Below are positions 12,221-27,998 of a DNA stretch of 64,000 nt, piece by piece. Every line of letters begins with the position of its first letter. The stretch's first letter is position 1. Under the pieces are notes generated by a model. It was not told the origin of the DNA, searched no databases, and saw nothing but the letters and a program-made list of their open reading frames with translations. The stretch lies in assembly GCA_051047955.1 (NCBI GenBank), contig JBPGPT010000022.1, forward strand, positions 124,001-188,000, given 5' to 3'. Source of the DNA: Cystobasidiomycetes sp. EMM_F5 (taxonomy: Eukaryota). Position numbers and translations under genes: made by a program.

Positions 12221-14717
12221 TTAGATCTTGGACCGTCTGCGAGACGACATGGAAAGCGCGCGTTTGGCTTGCAACTGCTTTGTGAGCGAATCGCCGTGAC
12301 GTGCTTCTCTTTCCATCTGTGAAAGCATAGACGATCAGTCAGTCGAGTAGGCTAAAAGAGCTAAGAGTGGAATAGAGCGTACGTCATTGGTACCCTTTGA
12401 TTTCCTGAGGTGCTCCAATCTGAGAATGTCGGCATCCCTCGTTTGACACTCTGCCTGGTAAGCATTCCGTCTAATTTCCATTTCCTTTGTAGCGCTCTCG
12501 AGGTCTGCTGCAATCTTGTTGTAGTAGTTTGTAATCTTGAGGAGCTTCTGCTTTGCCTTTACCTCATTCTTGATTGCGGTTTCATAATTGCCTCTGAATG
12601 CACCCTGGAACCTCGCCGCCTTTTGGGCACGACGATTGGATACCTTGCACTGTTTCATCTGCGAAATAATCTCTGCTGCTTCGGCTTTAGCTTCAGATTG
12701 CAGATTTTTGCTAAACCGTTTCTCAGTCTTGATTTCTCCCTTGAGTGCCTTCTTGTCAGTGTGCGTTAGCTTGTGTCCGGAGGTAGCCAGTGCTGCGCCA
12801 AGGCCTCCGCCAGAGATGGGGCGGCCGACACCTGGTTGCTGAAGGTAGTCTGGTTGTGCAGCAGATCGAACAGCGGTAGTAGGGCCCAAGTTCTGTGAAG
12901 TAGGAGATTGAGCCATGCCTGCAGACTCGGTAGGTCCGTTGATCTGAGTTGCAGCTCGCGAAGGAGCGATGGAGGGTTGCCGACCACTCTCGACGGGGTA
13001 CTGCTGTTGTAATACGACAGGTGCCATAACAGTAGGCTCATGATCGTGCTGGTGCAGAGGCTGAGCAGATTCGCCTACAGTGTCTTCCTGATGGGATGGC
13101 AGAGCACCGTTATGCTGATCGTAACCGGATCCTTCAAGAACGACTGGAGGTTGAACAGCAACGGCCGAGCCTTTCCCGGTATGGTCGGGAATCGTGTGAG
13201 TCTTCTGAGTACGAGAAGTGCGAGCGGTGCGCTGAGAACCAGCATACGACGGCTGTCTGTTGAGCGCATCACCTCCCCCGACTTTGGCAAACCCGACATC
13301 GTTGATGTGACCATTCTCTTGCGTCTGGGGTGCGGCATAAGTGCTACCAGGTCTCGAGTTGATGTAGGATCTCGAGGGCTGGAGATTTCCTCGAGATTTG
13401 CGAGTTGTAGGGGCATGGTGATCATTGTCACCGTAGCCTATAGCACCTACACCTGCGTATCCACCGTGAGTGGGCGAAACTTCCTGAGGAGCAGCAGCTT
13501 GTTCTTGAGCGTACGCTGCGGAAGCTGGATCGTTCTCGCGTTGCTCGGCAGTGGAACGTCGGCGGAGGGAAGGAGCGGCCAGGAGAGCGGCTCCTGTACC
13601 TGCCGCTGCGCCAGTTCCAATAGCACCGGCGTGATGATCATGGTGATCACCATCATCGTGGCCGCCAAACCTGTTTACATACTCTTCGTGAGGTACGACA
13701 TGTGCATTCTCACGTCCTGGAGCCTCATGAGGATGGAAGAGGGAAGAGTCGCGTTGATGCTGGGCAGGATCGATGTCGTGGGATGATCTGCCTGCGACTG
13801 CGCGGCTGACTTGACCGACACCTTCGTCATCATTGACGACATTGTCGTGGTCGTTGCCGTGGAGGTGTGTGCCTACTGCTACTGCACCTGCGCCTGCACC
13901 TAGACCTGCAGCACCGAGACCGGCACTCGAAGCCTGGCCTGCATACCCTCCCTTTTCTTGTGGGTAGCCAGTCTTGTGGTCAGAAGGGTATCCAGTTGGA
14001 CCGTGACCATCGCCGTCATAACCTGGTACATCCGCATCACGAGCGCCATTGTTGTGAGCGTGGTCAGTCTCTGTTGCCGGTGCGAGCATGGGAGCCACTT
14101 CTCCACCGTGGGTGCCGAATCCGGTTGCAGACGTTCCCTGAGCGCGTGCTCGTTCCTCAATCTCGCGGTGGAGAGCGTCGTCTGCACTCATTACGTGGTG
14201 TGCGGCGATATGCTCTGGCTCGTGGCTTGCCTGGTGATGGCCCGTCTGCTGCTGCTCGTGCTGCCCGAGGTCTTCGGTATAGACCGAAGTCGCAGCTGTG
14301 CGAGGTTGCTGAGTGTTGAGATACGACTGATCTTGCTGCTGATGTTGGTTGTGCTGGGTGTGCTCGAGGTTGTATGCCTCCCTGTTGACATCATCAGCCT
14401 CCTGGTCCGAGACTACCCTGGTCGTTCCCTTGATGTTGTGCAGCTGTGGCTCGAGGCTGCGTGGGTCACAATCACAATCACAATCAGTCAGTACATGTCG
14501 AGCTACCCGTCTGCAGCTCCTGCCCGAACGGTATTCCCCAAACGCTTCCGGGACTGGAGGGATATTGTGGACTGAGCGGCACTCACTGGGTCACCAGCGA
14601 GTCATCCTGAGCGTGGCTGGCAGCAGTATCCGCTACAGCTGGACTGGCTGTCGTGGTTGTTGTTGTTGGGGTGGTCGCTTGTGCTCCCTTCTTGTCCTTC
14701 TTGCTAAAGATGCCCAT
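12221..14717 (-). CDS. Hydrophilic His/Gly-rich protein with C-terminal coiled coil
   Basis: Exon 1 MGIFSKKDKK...SLVT is spliced in frame into the long exon containing ORF 12335..14191. Final exon is MEREARHGDSLTKQLQAKRALSMSSRRRSKI*. Confidence 0.75.
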
Positions 14718-15259
14718 GGTTGCAAGTGTATGTAGTCTGCGCTCACTCGCAGTGCTCGCTGTCTGTATGTACACTGTACTTATCGCAGAGCAGACCCTTG
14801 TGATTGGTTCTGTTTCAAGATTCAATTCCAAAGATCTTTTGGCTCTTTCCTCTTTCAGCGCAGACCCTAAATGGCAAGTCGGTGAAAAACGTCATCGGTC
14901 ATGCGGGTAAGCGTAAGGGACAACGACTGGCTATTAACACAAGCGAGTAGTGTGCTGTTATTCTATCTGAATCCATATGCAAGAGCACTCGCAGCGCCGA
15001 GTGAATCACCGCTTGAATTCAGCACTGCCGTACAGCGCATACTTGTCCAATACGACTAGTAGGAGGATATCGTATTGCCGGCGATTACTGTCCAGACGAG
15101 CGATTGGACACCTTTCGTATTCATCAGCGGCACTTTACAGCCCAGTCGTTGTTGCTTGAAAGCTGTAAACAAACGTTGACGTGCTTTATCTCGGACGTCC
15201 AAGTTGACGGCATTCCGAGTCGTTCTATTCACACTCCGCTGGCCATATACCTGTACACC

Positions 15260-17737
15260 ATGTCAGTCACATCAGGAAAGAGGAAACGAGAGCCGGGCAG
15301 TGTCAGTGTCGCTGCGCCAGCCCCAGTCATGCCAGTCATGCCAATCATGCCAGTCATGCCAATCATGCCAGTCATTCTCAGTGCCGTCGCAGCCAGAAAA
15401 CTGGCAATGGCTCGAGAGAAGGAGCTGGACACTCTTGAAAGTATTCACAGCAGCAGCGGTAATGAGCCAGCAGTCCAACACCCAGTTGCGTCGGAGAAAG
15501 AGGAGACCAGCTTGAGCGAGTCCGACGACATCAACGACCATGTGAACGGACAGGATGTTCAAGACGACGACGAGGATGCCGTCCCCGCAGCCTCTACACG
15601 AAACAGCACTCCGGTGTCCATCTCCAGATGGTCCCACAATCTCCAGAAAAGTCAGAGGTCAAATGCGCATTCCTGTCGACATTACACCCCATACATATCT
15701 GATAACGACAACACATTTCCGCTCAGCACGCCGTCCAACTCATCCTCTTTAGCCCGCCTTGTAGCTCTCAGAACCAACGAATCCATTGTCGTCCAGGGAA
15801 CATACTCACTCTCCGTTTTACGTGGACATATCTCCATCAATGGGGCTTGTCTGTCAAGCGCGTCAACGGCAAGGACTGTCTTTGCACCTACCACGCACCC
15901 CATACCTATCATTTATGTGGAGGACAACCATCGAACCAAGCAAGATATCTCTGATACACTACCTCTGCCAGATGGTCTCATGCACGCCCACAACAACACC
16001 CTTGCCATCGATTCGAGCAAATATTCAGTGGTGATACTGCTCAATGAGTCTCGTACTCCAACCGGCATCGAGGGAATAGAAAGAGCATGTCGCTTATCGG
16101 GAATGCCAATACCCACTGGCGGGATGTGGGGCGACAAGCCGTTTTCTGTCATCCCGTTGCATAATGTAGCAGAGAATAACGGTCTCCGAATCCTAAGGAC
16201 ACCTCAACAGTGGCAAGACACGCTCGATGGCCTATTGCAGGCGACAAAACCGGCGCACAGTAAATATGGATACGAGCAGGGATCAGCGTACATCGTACAA
16301 GGGCCGAAAGGGTCAGGAAAGAGTACATATGGCAGAATGCTACTCAATACGCTATTAAGCAGGTGAGTAAGGCTAGACTGCGTGCCTACAAACAGTAATG
16401 CGATCAGAACTGATCCATGTCGTGCAGGCATACACGAGTAGCGTGGTTGGATACCGATCTTGGACAAGGAGAGATGGCGCCGTCTGGTATGCTCACTCTG
16501 CATATCCTGGATGAGCCGTTGCTTGGTGCGTCCACATTGTCGAGTTCCGTCGCCTTCGAAAGACAGCTAACACCGACCTTCCACACGGACAGGCCCGTCC
16601 TTCACTCACCTCCATCACCTTCCTCTTCGCGCACACTATCTAGGCTGTACTACTCCGCGCAATCAGCCTGACTTATACTTATCGAGTATAGCAGACCTCG
16701 TTGCGGCATACAAGTCGTTAATTCAGGAATTGCAAGATGAGTCGGATGATGATGTGGACATGCCGCTCGTAGTCAATACTCATGGATGGACAAAGGGACT
16801 CGGCGCAGACCTAGTCAAGGGCATCCATGGTACGGTGCATGAGGCTGGATTAGAAGTGACCATCATAAACTTTGCAGCCAGTGATACGGACAACACAAGA
16901 CATGCACGCACGTCGCATGTAGCTATCAATGGTATTCACGAAGAATCAGGCCAGCCATCCGTCATTCACATGCAGCCTTTCAACATGCCCCACGCCGCTG
17001 AGCAAGGATCACAAACACCTACACGCTCCTCCTCAAACATCCAGAATTCACAACTCACCGCCGCAGATCTTCGAACACTATCCCTCATATCCTATTTTCA
17101 TCTCACACCCACGTCCTTTTCCGCTGATGCAAAATCGCCAATGTGGGATTTCTCGAAGACACTCGCGCAAGTAGCGCCGTATATCGTTCCGTGGCGGAGT
17201 CTGCTTCAAGTGCAAATCCAGGCAAGCGAGTACATACCCTACGAAGAGATTTTGCGATCACTGGACGTATCTATCGTCGGACTCCGCGAGCACACACATG
17301 TTGGCAGATCCGTTGAAGAGCATGAAACGAATCGGACCTTGCCCTATAGTCCTATATTGCTTCATGCACCGCTCGACACTGATGAAGACACCTCTCGTCT
17401 TCCGGCAGACTGCGTGGGACTGGGAATTATACGATCCATCGATACCGCTCAACATGCATTTCATGTACTCTCGCCTCTTCCTCAGAGTACGCTACAACGC
17501 ACAAATACATTCATTAAAGGCGATATCGAAGTCCCTACAGTACTCATGCTCGATACGTACGCCACTTCTCACGAGAATAACGGCAAGACAGCAGACGGGA
17601 ACAAGGGGATATGTGGTACGGTGTGGAAAGATGTGCCATATCTCGCCCCGCCGGGCGAAGTGAGCGTAGGCGTCGCGGCCGCAAAGAGACGAGTGAGAAG
17701 GAACGTTATGCGAAGGAGTCAGATGGGAAGGACATGA
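15260..17737 (+). CDS. GRC3: Polynucleotide 5'-hydroxyl kinase Grc3/Nol9 (Clp1 family)
   Basis: P-loop VQGPKGSGKSTYGRMLLN, WLDTDLGQGEM, PLVVNTHGWTKGLG, CVGLGIIRSID, VPYL and C-terminal RRVRRNVMRR. Confidence 0.92.
15323..15376 (+). repeat. 9-bp coding minisatellite (CCARTCATG)x6 in GRC3
   Basis: ccagtcatg ccagtcatg ccaatcatg ccagtcatg ccaatcatg ccagtcatt, encoding PVMPVMPIMPVMPIMPVI. Confidence 0.95.
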
Positions 17738-18369
17738 TTCCTGCCCGCGTTCCGAGACTGAATTTCAAGTTACGATCCCCATCACGATGGCTCGGGCGAT
17801 AGCTATGCAGGCCTTGGACACGGCGTCCGCTGTTGGCTTCGCTTGACCAGGCTTCTGCCAGAACAGCTGGAACATTCTGCTGTTGGTTTCAAGCTCTGAA
17901 ACAATTTTGTCGCTGTATCTCTCGTGGATGACCATTTGATGGTGTGAGTGGCAGTCTTTGTCTTTGACGTTTTGACTTGTTTGTGAGTCTGCGGTGGCAT
18001 AGCTGAGGGAGCGGAGTGTGCAGTGCAATGTTGGCGGGCAAGTGTGTATGTCGAAGAGTCTGTAGGAAGTAGAGCTCCCCAAAGACGTTTGTTTGTTTTG
18101 AAAGAATCGCGAGACACGCAAGTCACGTGCTCTTGTTTTTCTGTTTACAGTACGCGACTACTTTTGGCCCTTTAGCCTTGAGGACATACTGAGCGATAGC
18201 ATGAATACAAACATGACAAACATTCAAGATAGTGCAGTGCAAGGCGATGGACTGCACGCCCTGCCCTCGAAAATGCGGTACAAGTCGGAACGCAGCGGTG
18301 GGTGTGGATTGGCAAATTCGACGTGCTCGTACTGAGTGAGCTGACTGGAATTTCCGCAACGATACGTCT

Positions 18370-19964
18370 ATGCGCTTTACGATATCAGCATCCCGGTCCA
18401 GCTTAACTCCCAGTTCACCCGTGTCCAATTTCAGCGGGAACGATCTGTCTCGATTTTCATCCCCAGCCATCCCTTGGTTGAATGGCAGCAGATATGCGTC
18501 GACTACTCCTTCTTCGCCTGTGTCATCGCTCCTGCTTCACGATGATTTAGCTAAGCAGATCCATGTCAAGGATGTTGCAGTACCGAAACGGCTCGAAAGG
18601 ATGGATATGAAGGGAGTCTCGCATGATATCAGAATACGCAAGGGAGACATCTATCATATCGGCCGCAAGCTCACATCCTCAAGCTTGAAGAGCCCACTCT
18701 CTGAAGGAACGCTGTTGAGGCTGCCCAAAGCCGCTAAGCATGCATCGAGGCTGCACTGCACCATCGCTTGGCAAGCAGATACAAGCAGTGTAGACATTGC
18801 AAACCTTCATATAGATGTGCTCGGCTCGAATGGGATGGTCGTAAACGGGAGGAACAAGAAACAAGGCAGTCACTTCGAGAAGCTGCCTGCCGACGGAAGG
18901 GCACTGATACTCGGCTTCCACAGCGGTGTCGAGATCAATCTATATAGGGCCAGTGATGAGCATCCCCCCACTCCTTCGGCTGAAGATACCTCGCTATCAG
19001 CACGTGAATCAGAAACAAGTCATCCAACCTCAGAAGCGACAGAACAGTATCCAGACCTCGACAGCTTGTTCTCCGATGGTATCGGTGACGATGACCCGCA
19101 ATTAGACGGCGCGCCGGAGGCTGATGTCGTGCAGACCAAACGAGTCAGACGGGCAGCGAGTATAGCGATGTCCCTCGATTCCTCCCCTCTCTCGGTAGCC
19201 TCCCGTTGTGAGCCAGGGTCGCCTGCATCGCCTACTAATAGCGCAATGCACAGGAAGCGGTCAGCGTCACCTCCGTACGAGGCTTTCAGCATCAAGCGAC
19301 AGAAAGCCCGTTCCAGCTCGCCAATCTCCGCATATGCGCATCAGGAGGATGATGGGTACCCGCCGGAGTCTAGTGAAGATGAGGAGGGTGATATGTCAGA
19401 GGAGCTCGGTGAGGATTGAAGACGTGGAAGCCCGGTATAGACCCGTAATGGCTGATGACCACTCCTATCCCTTCACAGAAGCCTTGATGGTAGACGTAGC
19501 GAAATTGAGGGAGAGCATCAAGCCGCTCTCGCTAGATCTTGTCGGCAGCTTGGCTTCGACGATAGTCTTCCAGCCACGTGCAACACTCACTACGAGCGAA
19601 TGCACGAGCTTGTTCCTTTCAGATCAACCTTCGTTACTCGGGCACGGGTCAGAAGCGGCTTGGCGAGTGATTGTTGCAAGGGTGCTCAGCAGGGGACCGT
19701 TTGGGTGCATTGGCGATAAAGGACTAAAGGACGCAGCGGGACGACGAATCGAGCCGAGTTGGCACTACGTACCGTCTGCAGATCAAGATGGAGACAGGAG
19801 GGCGAGCTTGGCGCCGTTTGTGAAGGCAATTAGGTCCACGCAGCGAGAGAGAAAGTGAGTTTTCGCGACTAAGAGAGCGTGTGTGTCACACTGATGCTTC
19901 GCTATCTTGTAGACAATACTTTTACAAGCGCCCGAGCGATCTCAGCAAGCGCAAGCGGTGGTGA
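18370..19964 (+). CDS. TOS4: FHA-domain transcription regulator, Tos4/Plm2-like
   Basis: FHA motifs HIGRK, HASRLH and VLGSNG; C-terminal GLKDAAGRRIEPSWHYVPSADQDGDRR...RSTQRERK/QYFYKRP resembles the Tos4/Plm2 C-terminus. Two introns reconcile the frames. Confidence 0.75.
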
Positions 19965-20079
19965 GGGGAGGAGAGGCGGGATGTTCCATGGCATGTCCTG
20001 AGTGTGTATATAGAGAAGGGAGGAGGGTCTGGCTATCTCGCCCATGTTGTCTCTGTTTGCCACTGTCGAGGCCCTCTTT

Positions 20080-20099
20080 ACGCGTCTTTTGCAACGCGT
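20080..20099. promoter_or_regulatory. Paired MCB elements (ACGCGT) upstream of MCM3
   Basis: ACGCGT at 20080..20085 and 20094..20099, 60-80 nt upstream of the MCM3 ATG (20161). Confidence 0.65.
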
Positions 20100-20160
20100 C
20101 TCCAGCTGAGTTTTTTGCAAACACCAATAAACATCTGAAGTTGCAGCGTCGCAGCTCACA

Positions 20161-23104
<2,944 letters not shown>

Positions 23105-23518
23105 TGCTATAGATCTTCTTGTTACTTTGGGTTTCGGGCTTCTGTTAGCTTTTCGGCTGAATTCTAGGTTGTAAATGTGAGATGACTGGGTACCGAATGT
23201 TGTGTTTACCAGAGATAGAACAGTAATAACATGATCATCCTCCCATATGCGCGTCATCGTTGCCGCAAGCTTAAGTTCCGTACTAGCCTCAGGCCGAACG
23301 AGTACGCCAGTCCTGCTCGACGCAACCAGACCGGCAGCGTGTAAACGGATGTCATGCTCTTTCAGCTATGCAGCATCTTGTGCTCCGCGCCTGGTGCCTC
23401 TTTCGTCCAGCCGTGCCTCGCCAGAATGCTCCTGAGGCGGGTCAAAGGTCTCATTATATGTGCAACCAAGATGGAGGGTCGGGAGGCTCCTGATAGATTG
23501 CCAGATGGTTCTATGATA

Positions 23519-24633
23519 TCAAAGGATACCTGTTTCCAACACGCTGCGATCTTCGTCGAGCAAGATTTGAAGTCCAGGCGTGTCTGATGACCGTGCTTGA
23601 AATGCATCCTGGAATAGCTCGTAAGCTGGCATATACCTATAGTGTATGATAGTCAGTATGAATGTCTGAGTTCCGCAGATGTAAGACTGGCCGATCTACA
23701 AATGCCTTGACAGCTTCGTCACTCATGCCAAGTCCTCCGCTTTTCTGCTTTAAATGGTGTTCTTGCTGCACGGGAATGCCGTAAGAATCAACTCAACGAT
23801 AGGTACACGTAGTGAGTACCGCTCGGCGAGCGTGGTGTTCTTACCTGTTTACGCCATTCCCATACATACTTCATGCTCTTCGGGCGCAATCGCACGACAA
23901 GGGAAACGTGCGGCCACAGACTTGTTGAGTAGTGGGAGAGGTTGCCGTTGATAGCACGAAGAGAAGAAAGGCTATGTGCGAGGAAGAGGGGTCTTTCATA
24001 GTCGAGGTGTCGCTTGGCATACTCTACCGGGTCAGATTTGGCTTCTTGGTATCGTCCTGTGAGCTGGTCGTCGGACAGTGGCGTGAAGCCGACCATCCAG
24101 CCTTCGAGAATAACAACATCCACTTTGCCATTCACTGTCACTGCAGACGAGCTGCGGTCGCCTTCGCCATTGAAGAGGCTCTTGTCAAAGAAGGGTATCT
24201 CCACCGATGTAGAAGCGTCGGCATTTTGTAACTTTGTCAAGCAATCTGCGGCTAGTGCGATATCGTGGGTCCCCGGTAGACCTCGTCCGTGCAACAAGCC
24301 ATTTTCGGGGTTTTCGCGAGCGAGCTTGACCAGGTTTGCGTGAGTGTGGTAGAAGTCGTCGAGCGAGGCAGAGACGACCTTGATACCTTCGGAGACTAGT
24401 AAGCGCTGGACATGTTCAGTAATGTACGATTTGCCTGGCAGGAACGGGTATGTGACTGAGCTCAGCGGGGCCCCAATACGAAGAATGCGAGTGAATGTCA
24501 GGCCTAGCTCACCAGAGCCTTGCGGAGCTTGGATACCGACGACCAATGGACGCTTGCTGCCTGACCTCTGCGCCAGACTTTCGAGCACGAATGCTTTGAC
24601 AATATCGACGGCCGTCAGTGCTCGCGCTGCCAT
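23519..24633 (-). CDS. TDA10: Tda10 / D-glycerate-3-kinase-like P-loop kinase
   Basis: GIQAPQGSG/KS, SLDDFY, GRGLPGTHD, FDKSLFNGEGDR, ILEGWMVGF, WRKQ/QEH, GMSDEAVKAFVDR/YMPAYELF. The last intron is GC-AG. Confidence 0.88.
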
Positions 24634-25896
24634 TGCGGCTATGTGGAAACCAGTGCGGTCAAGTGCATCGTCTCCAAAGATGGTTGCACAGTCACGGCAT
24701 AAAGCAGGCTTGTGGCCGTCGCATCTGATGAACTTGCGTCTAACTACGACTAAACAGCTGACTCTAATCCAACTATCCTGGCCTGACCAACTCACGCTCT
24801 TTAGACTCGGCTCGCAGCATTGATTTACTCATCCTTGATCTGCATACCGCTCATAGTCGGCATAGATGATGTGAACTTCTTCGGGATTCTGTATTAACGT
24901 CGCTCATATCGCCAAGCAGCCGCGTGCTAATCTGCAGAGCTCAGAAAGCACGTTCTGATGTCACAAATTGATGTGCAGTGAATGCGGGTCCAACAAGCCG
25001 CAGTCCTGTCAATGTGCGCCATTGCAGATCGCTCTTTAGGGGCTGTGATGCTGGAATGCTCTTTAGTATGCTATTCAGCTACGTGAGAGCAATAGGTGTC
25101 TAAATACTGCTGACTTGCATCCTAGTGCCCCTTCATCTGATCCATTCTCGCGCTGCAAACGCGCTGCCTACTCACTTTACCGCTTAAACCGCGACGAGAC
25201 AACCATCTACCGCAATGCCGGCTCTGCTCACAACCTCAGTATCACCCGGCATTGTGATGCAGTCATGATATCGGGACGGCATCCATGCTGAAATACTTCA
25301 AGCTCAATTGCGCCCCGCAATGTGCATTTCGTTTGGTGAGAGTAAGCGACGCGACTGAAGCCTTTATCACGGTCAAGGTATATCACACAAGCTCGACGCT
25401 GCTTGAGAACTAAATCTTGAGCCCGTTGACTGGATTGTGTACCAAGTGTCTTTGACAAGGACAAGCACGTCAATCCGACAACTGCAAAGCTTCCATTCCT
25501 GCAATGGGCTATCTACTCTAATGTATGTTAGTGTACTGAGAAGTCTCAGAGGGACTGGGGAATGCTTCAAAACGTGTGCAATTCGGGCTGTACAGTTTCA
25601 GTATCGCTGTCCTCGCTGCTGTCCTCGCCCTCTGCCTCTTGAGCTCACACGGACTCGACGCAGCACTCAAGTCAAGCTCCCGACATCAGTGCTCAAGGCT
25701 GATATTCCTGGACGCGTGGGCGTCTCCCAGCTAGCAGCAGTCGCAGTCGCAGTCGCCAGGTTGACCCACCGTCAGAGCTTTGGATCCAAGTCTTGTTTGG
25801 ATTACAGAACGCAGCAACGAGGGCATTTTTCAGCCAGGATAACATCCTGCACTAAGCGACAAGACTACTGCAGGGTACTAGCGGACTCATCCAGCC

Positions 25897-27597
25897 ATGC
25901 CACCCCTCTCAGCTTCTGCGCGAGGCGTGACAGTGTCCGTCGACGTAAAGAGGCGAGCCGACAGAGACGTCAGTCCCAACCGCGAGAACAGACGCGGTAG
26001 TTCCAAGAGCAGCAAACTCAAACGTCGCACGTCCATCTCTTCGAGCGCTCCCATTGCTTCAACTTCTAGGGCGGTAGCGCTGCCGGCCGGAGGCAGATCA
26101 GCTGCTTCCTCATCAGCGCCATCCCGCATGAAGCCAATTGTCATCGACGATACAGAGGATGAAGAGGAGCAAGCAAGCGATGATGAAGATCAAGAACCGG
26201 TCGTCGAGAGAACCCGTAGAGCACTCCGAGAAGCGCGTCAAGCTCGCTACGAAGGACCGGCAGGGAATGCTCAGGCTGGCGGATCTCGCTCAGGACAGCG
26301 CACCGGTAACCCAGACGCACGCACTACCACTGCCACTGCTACTATCACAAGCAAACGCCGCAAGGCTAGATCAAGCACGAATGATCGAGACGCTTTTGTC
26401 GAAGGGTCCGAGGATGAGGATTCAAGCGACAACGGAGCGGGTGGCAGCCGAGCGGTGACACGAGCCGCAACAACCGCTAGCCGGGCACCTAGGGACTCCC
26501 TGTCACTCCTCCGCGGCCACATCGAGCGTGTTACTTCTGAAGACCGTGAAGACGATTCTGACGAAGATTCAGTCAGTATTCAGAGGATCGTACGTGACCG
26601 GTCTACTCGCGCCACTGTAGCTGGTCCCTCGCGACGAGTCAACAGAGGCGAGCCTATCGACATCGACGTGTCTCGCGATGGATCAGGCTCGGTCCATGTG
26701 GTTCTTGCTGATCCTATCAGGTCGTCAAAAGGAAAGCAGCGCGATTCTGATAGTCGAAACAAGAGCGAGACTGTCAAAGACGTCAAGCGTGCAAAAGACG
26801 CAGCAGGCAGTAAACGCAAGCGAGATGGTGGTTTTGCTGGAACTCTTCTGGGAGGAGCAGCATCCGAATCTTCAGATGTGGAGGTCGTCGCAAACGAACA
26901 TAAACGCAAAAAGAGTCCAAAGAAAGCGAAAGCGACATCCTCCGACTCTGATGATCTGGAACCTCTGAATTTGGATGATGTGCTAGACTGTCCTATCTGT
27001 TTCGAGATGTTTATCAGCCCCGTCAACCTCACTTGCGGACACATGTTCTGCCACGCTTGCGTGGAGCCTTGGTTGGCTACAAACGTGAGTGTCTGTATTT
27101 TGTTTGTTGATGCAGGACTATCGGCTGAAGTGAGACTTTGGTAGGCCAAAGCGTGTCCTACATGTCGGGAAGTGACGACAGCTGATCCAGCAAGGGCCTA
27201 TTTTGCCGAGACGGTCATCAAGAAGTACTTCAACCACGCACTACTCAAGATGGAGAAGGAGGGTAGAAATGCCGAAGCTAAAAAGGCTCGAAGTGACCGA
27301 ACTCGTTTGGAAGCAGATGCCGAGAAGCGTCGACTGGCTGCGGCTGCTCATGAAACAAGACGCAGGGCCGAAGTGGCCCGTATTGCCCAACTCCAGCAAC
27401 TCCAACAGCAGCGCCTGCAATACGTCCCAGCACGTGCTATTGCAGCTGCTGGTATGGGCATGTTCGGAGGCGGTATGCCGGCTGGGGGTATAGACATGGT
27501 CATAGCTATGCTCACCCCGCAACAGCGAAATGCCTACACGCAGCAAGCTGGACAAGCTGGCATGAACTTGCGGGATTACATGCAGGCCATGTTCTGA
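25897..27597 (+). CDS. C3HC4 RING-finger protein (putative E3 ligase) with long disordered N-terminus
   Basis: LDCPICFEMFISPVNLTCGHMFCHACVEPWL spliced to AKACPTCR; stop at 27597. Confidence 0.8.
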
Positions 27598-27998
27598 GTC
27601 AAAGACGGCAATACGACACACTCTAAGCTCGGCGGGGCAAGTCATTTCAATTTCGATGCGCACACACCGTGGTTGCGAAGACGGAAATATGTCACAACAT
27701 ACCATGCTCAATCCTTCGGTGCTTTCTTTCCGTGTAAAGTCGTACAACAACAAAGTTTGGCTTTCTGAAGGACGAACCGAGTGCCCACATTAGGCAAACG
27801 TAAGGCAATGGCTTCCGACCTCAAGCGGGGCACATTAGGTGTGCACTAGGGATCAAGGAGTCGACGTAAGGGATTAGCGAGACCCGGTGGCAGGGCCAGA
27901 GGGAAAGCAAGATAACCTGCTCCCTTGGGAATCAATGCTTGTAACACTGTAGTGATGTTTGCCATTGAAGCGACAGAAGATGCATGCTCTGAAGATTG

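Noticed and set aside
17765..18126. Small minus-strand ORFs (MPPQTHKQ...CSSC...PCP)
   Set aside because: A good-context ATG exists, but there is no complete Zn-finger or recognisable family; cannot be supported as a gene.
19208..19419. Overlapping frames in the TOS4-like gene suggesting a frameshift
   Set aside because: Explained by a canonical intron GTGAGG...GCTGAT...CACAG starting near 19409.
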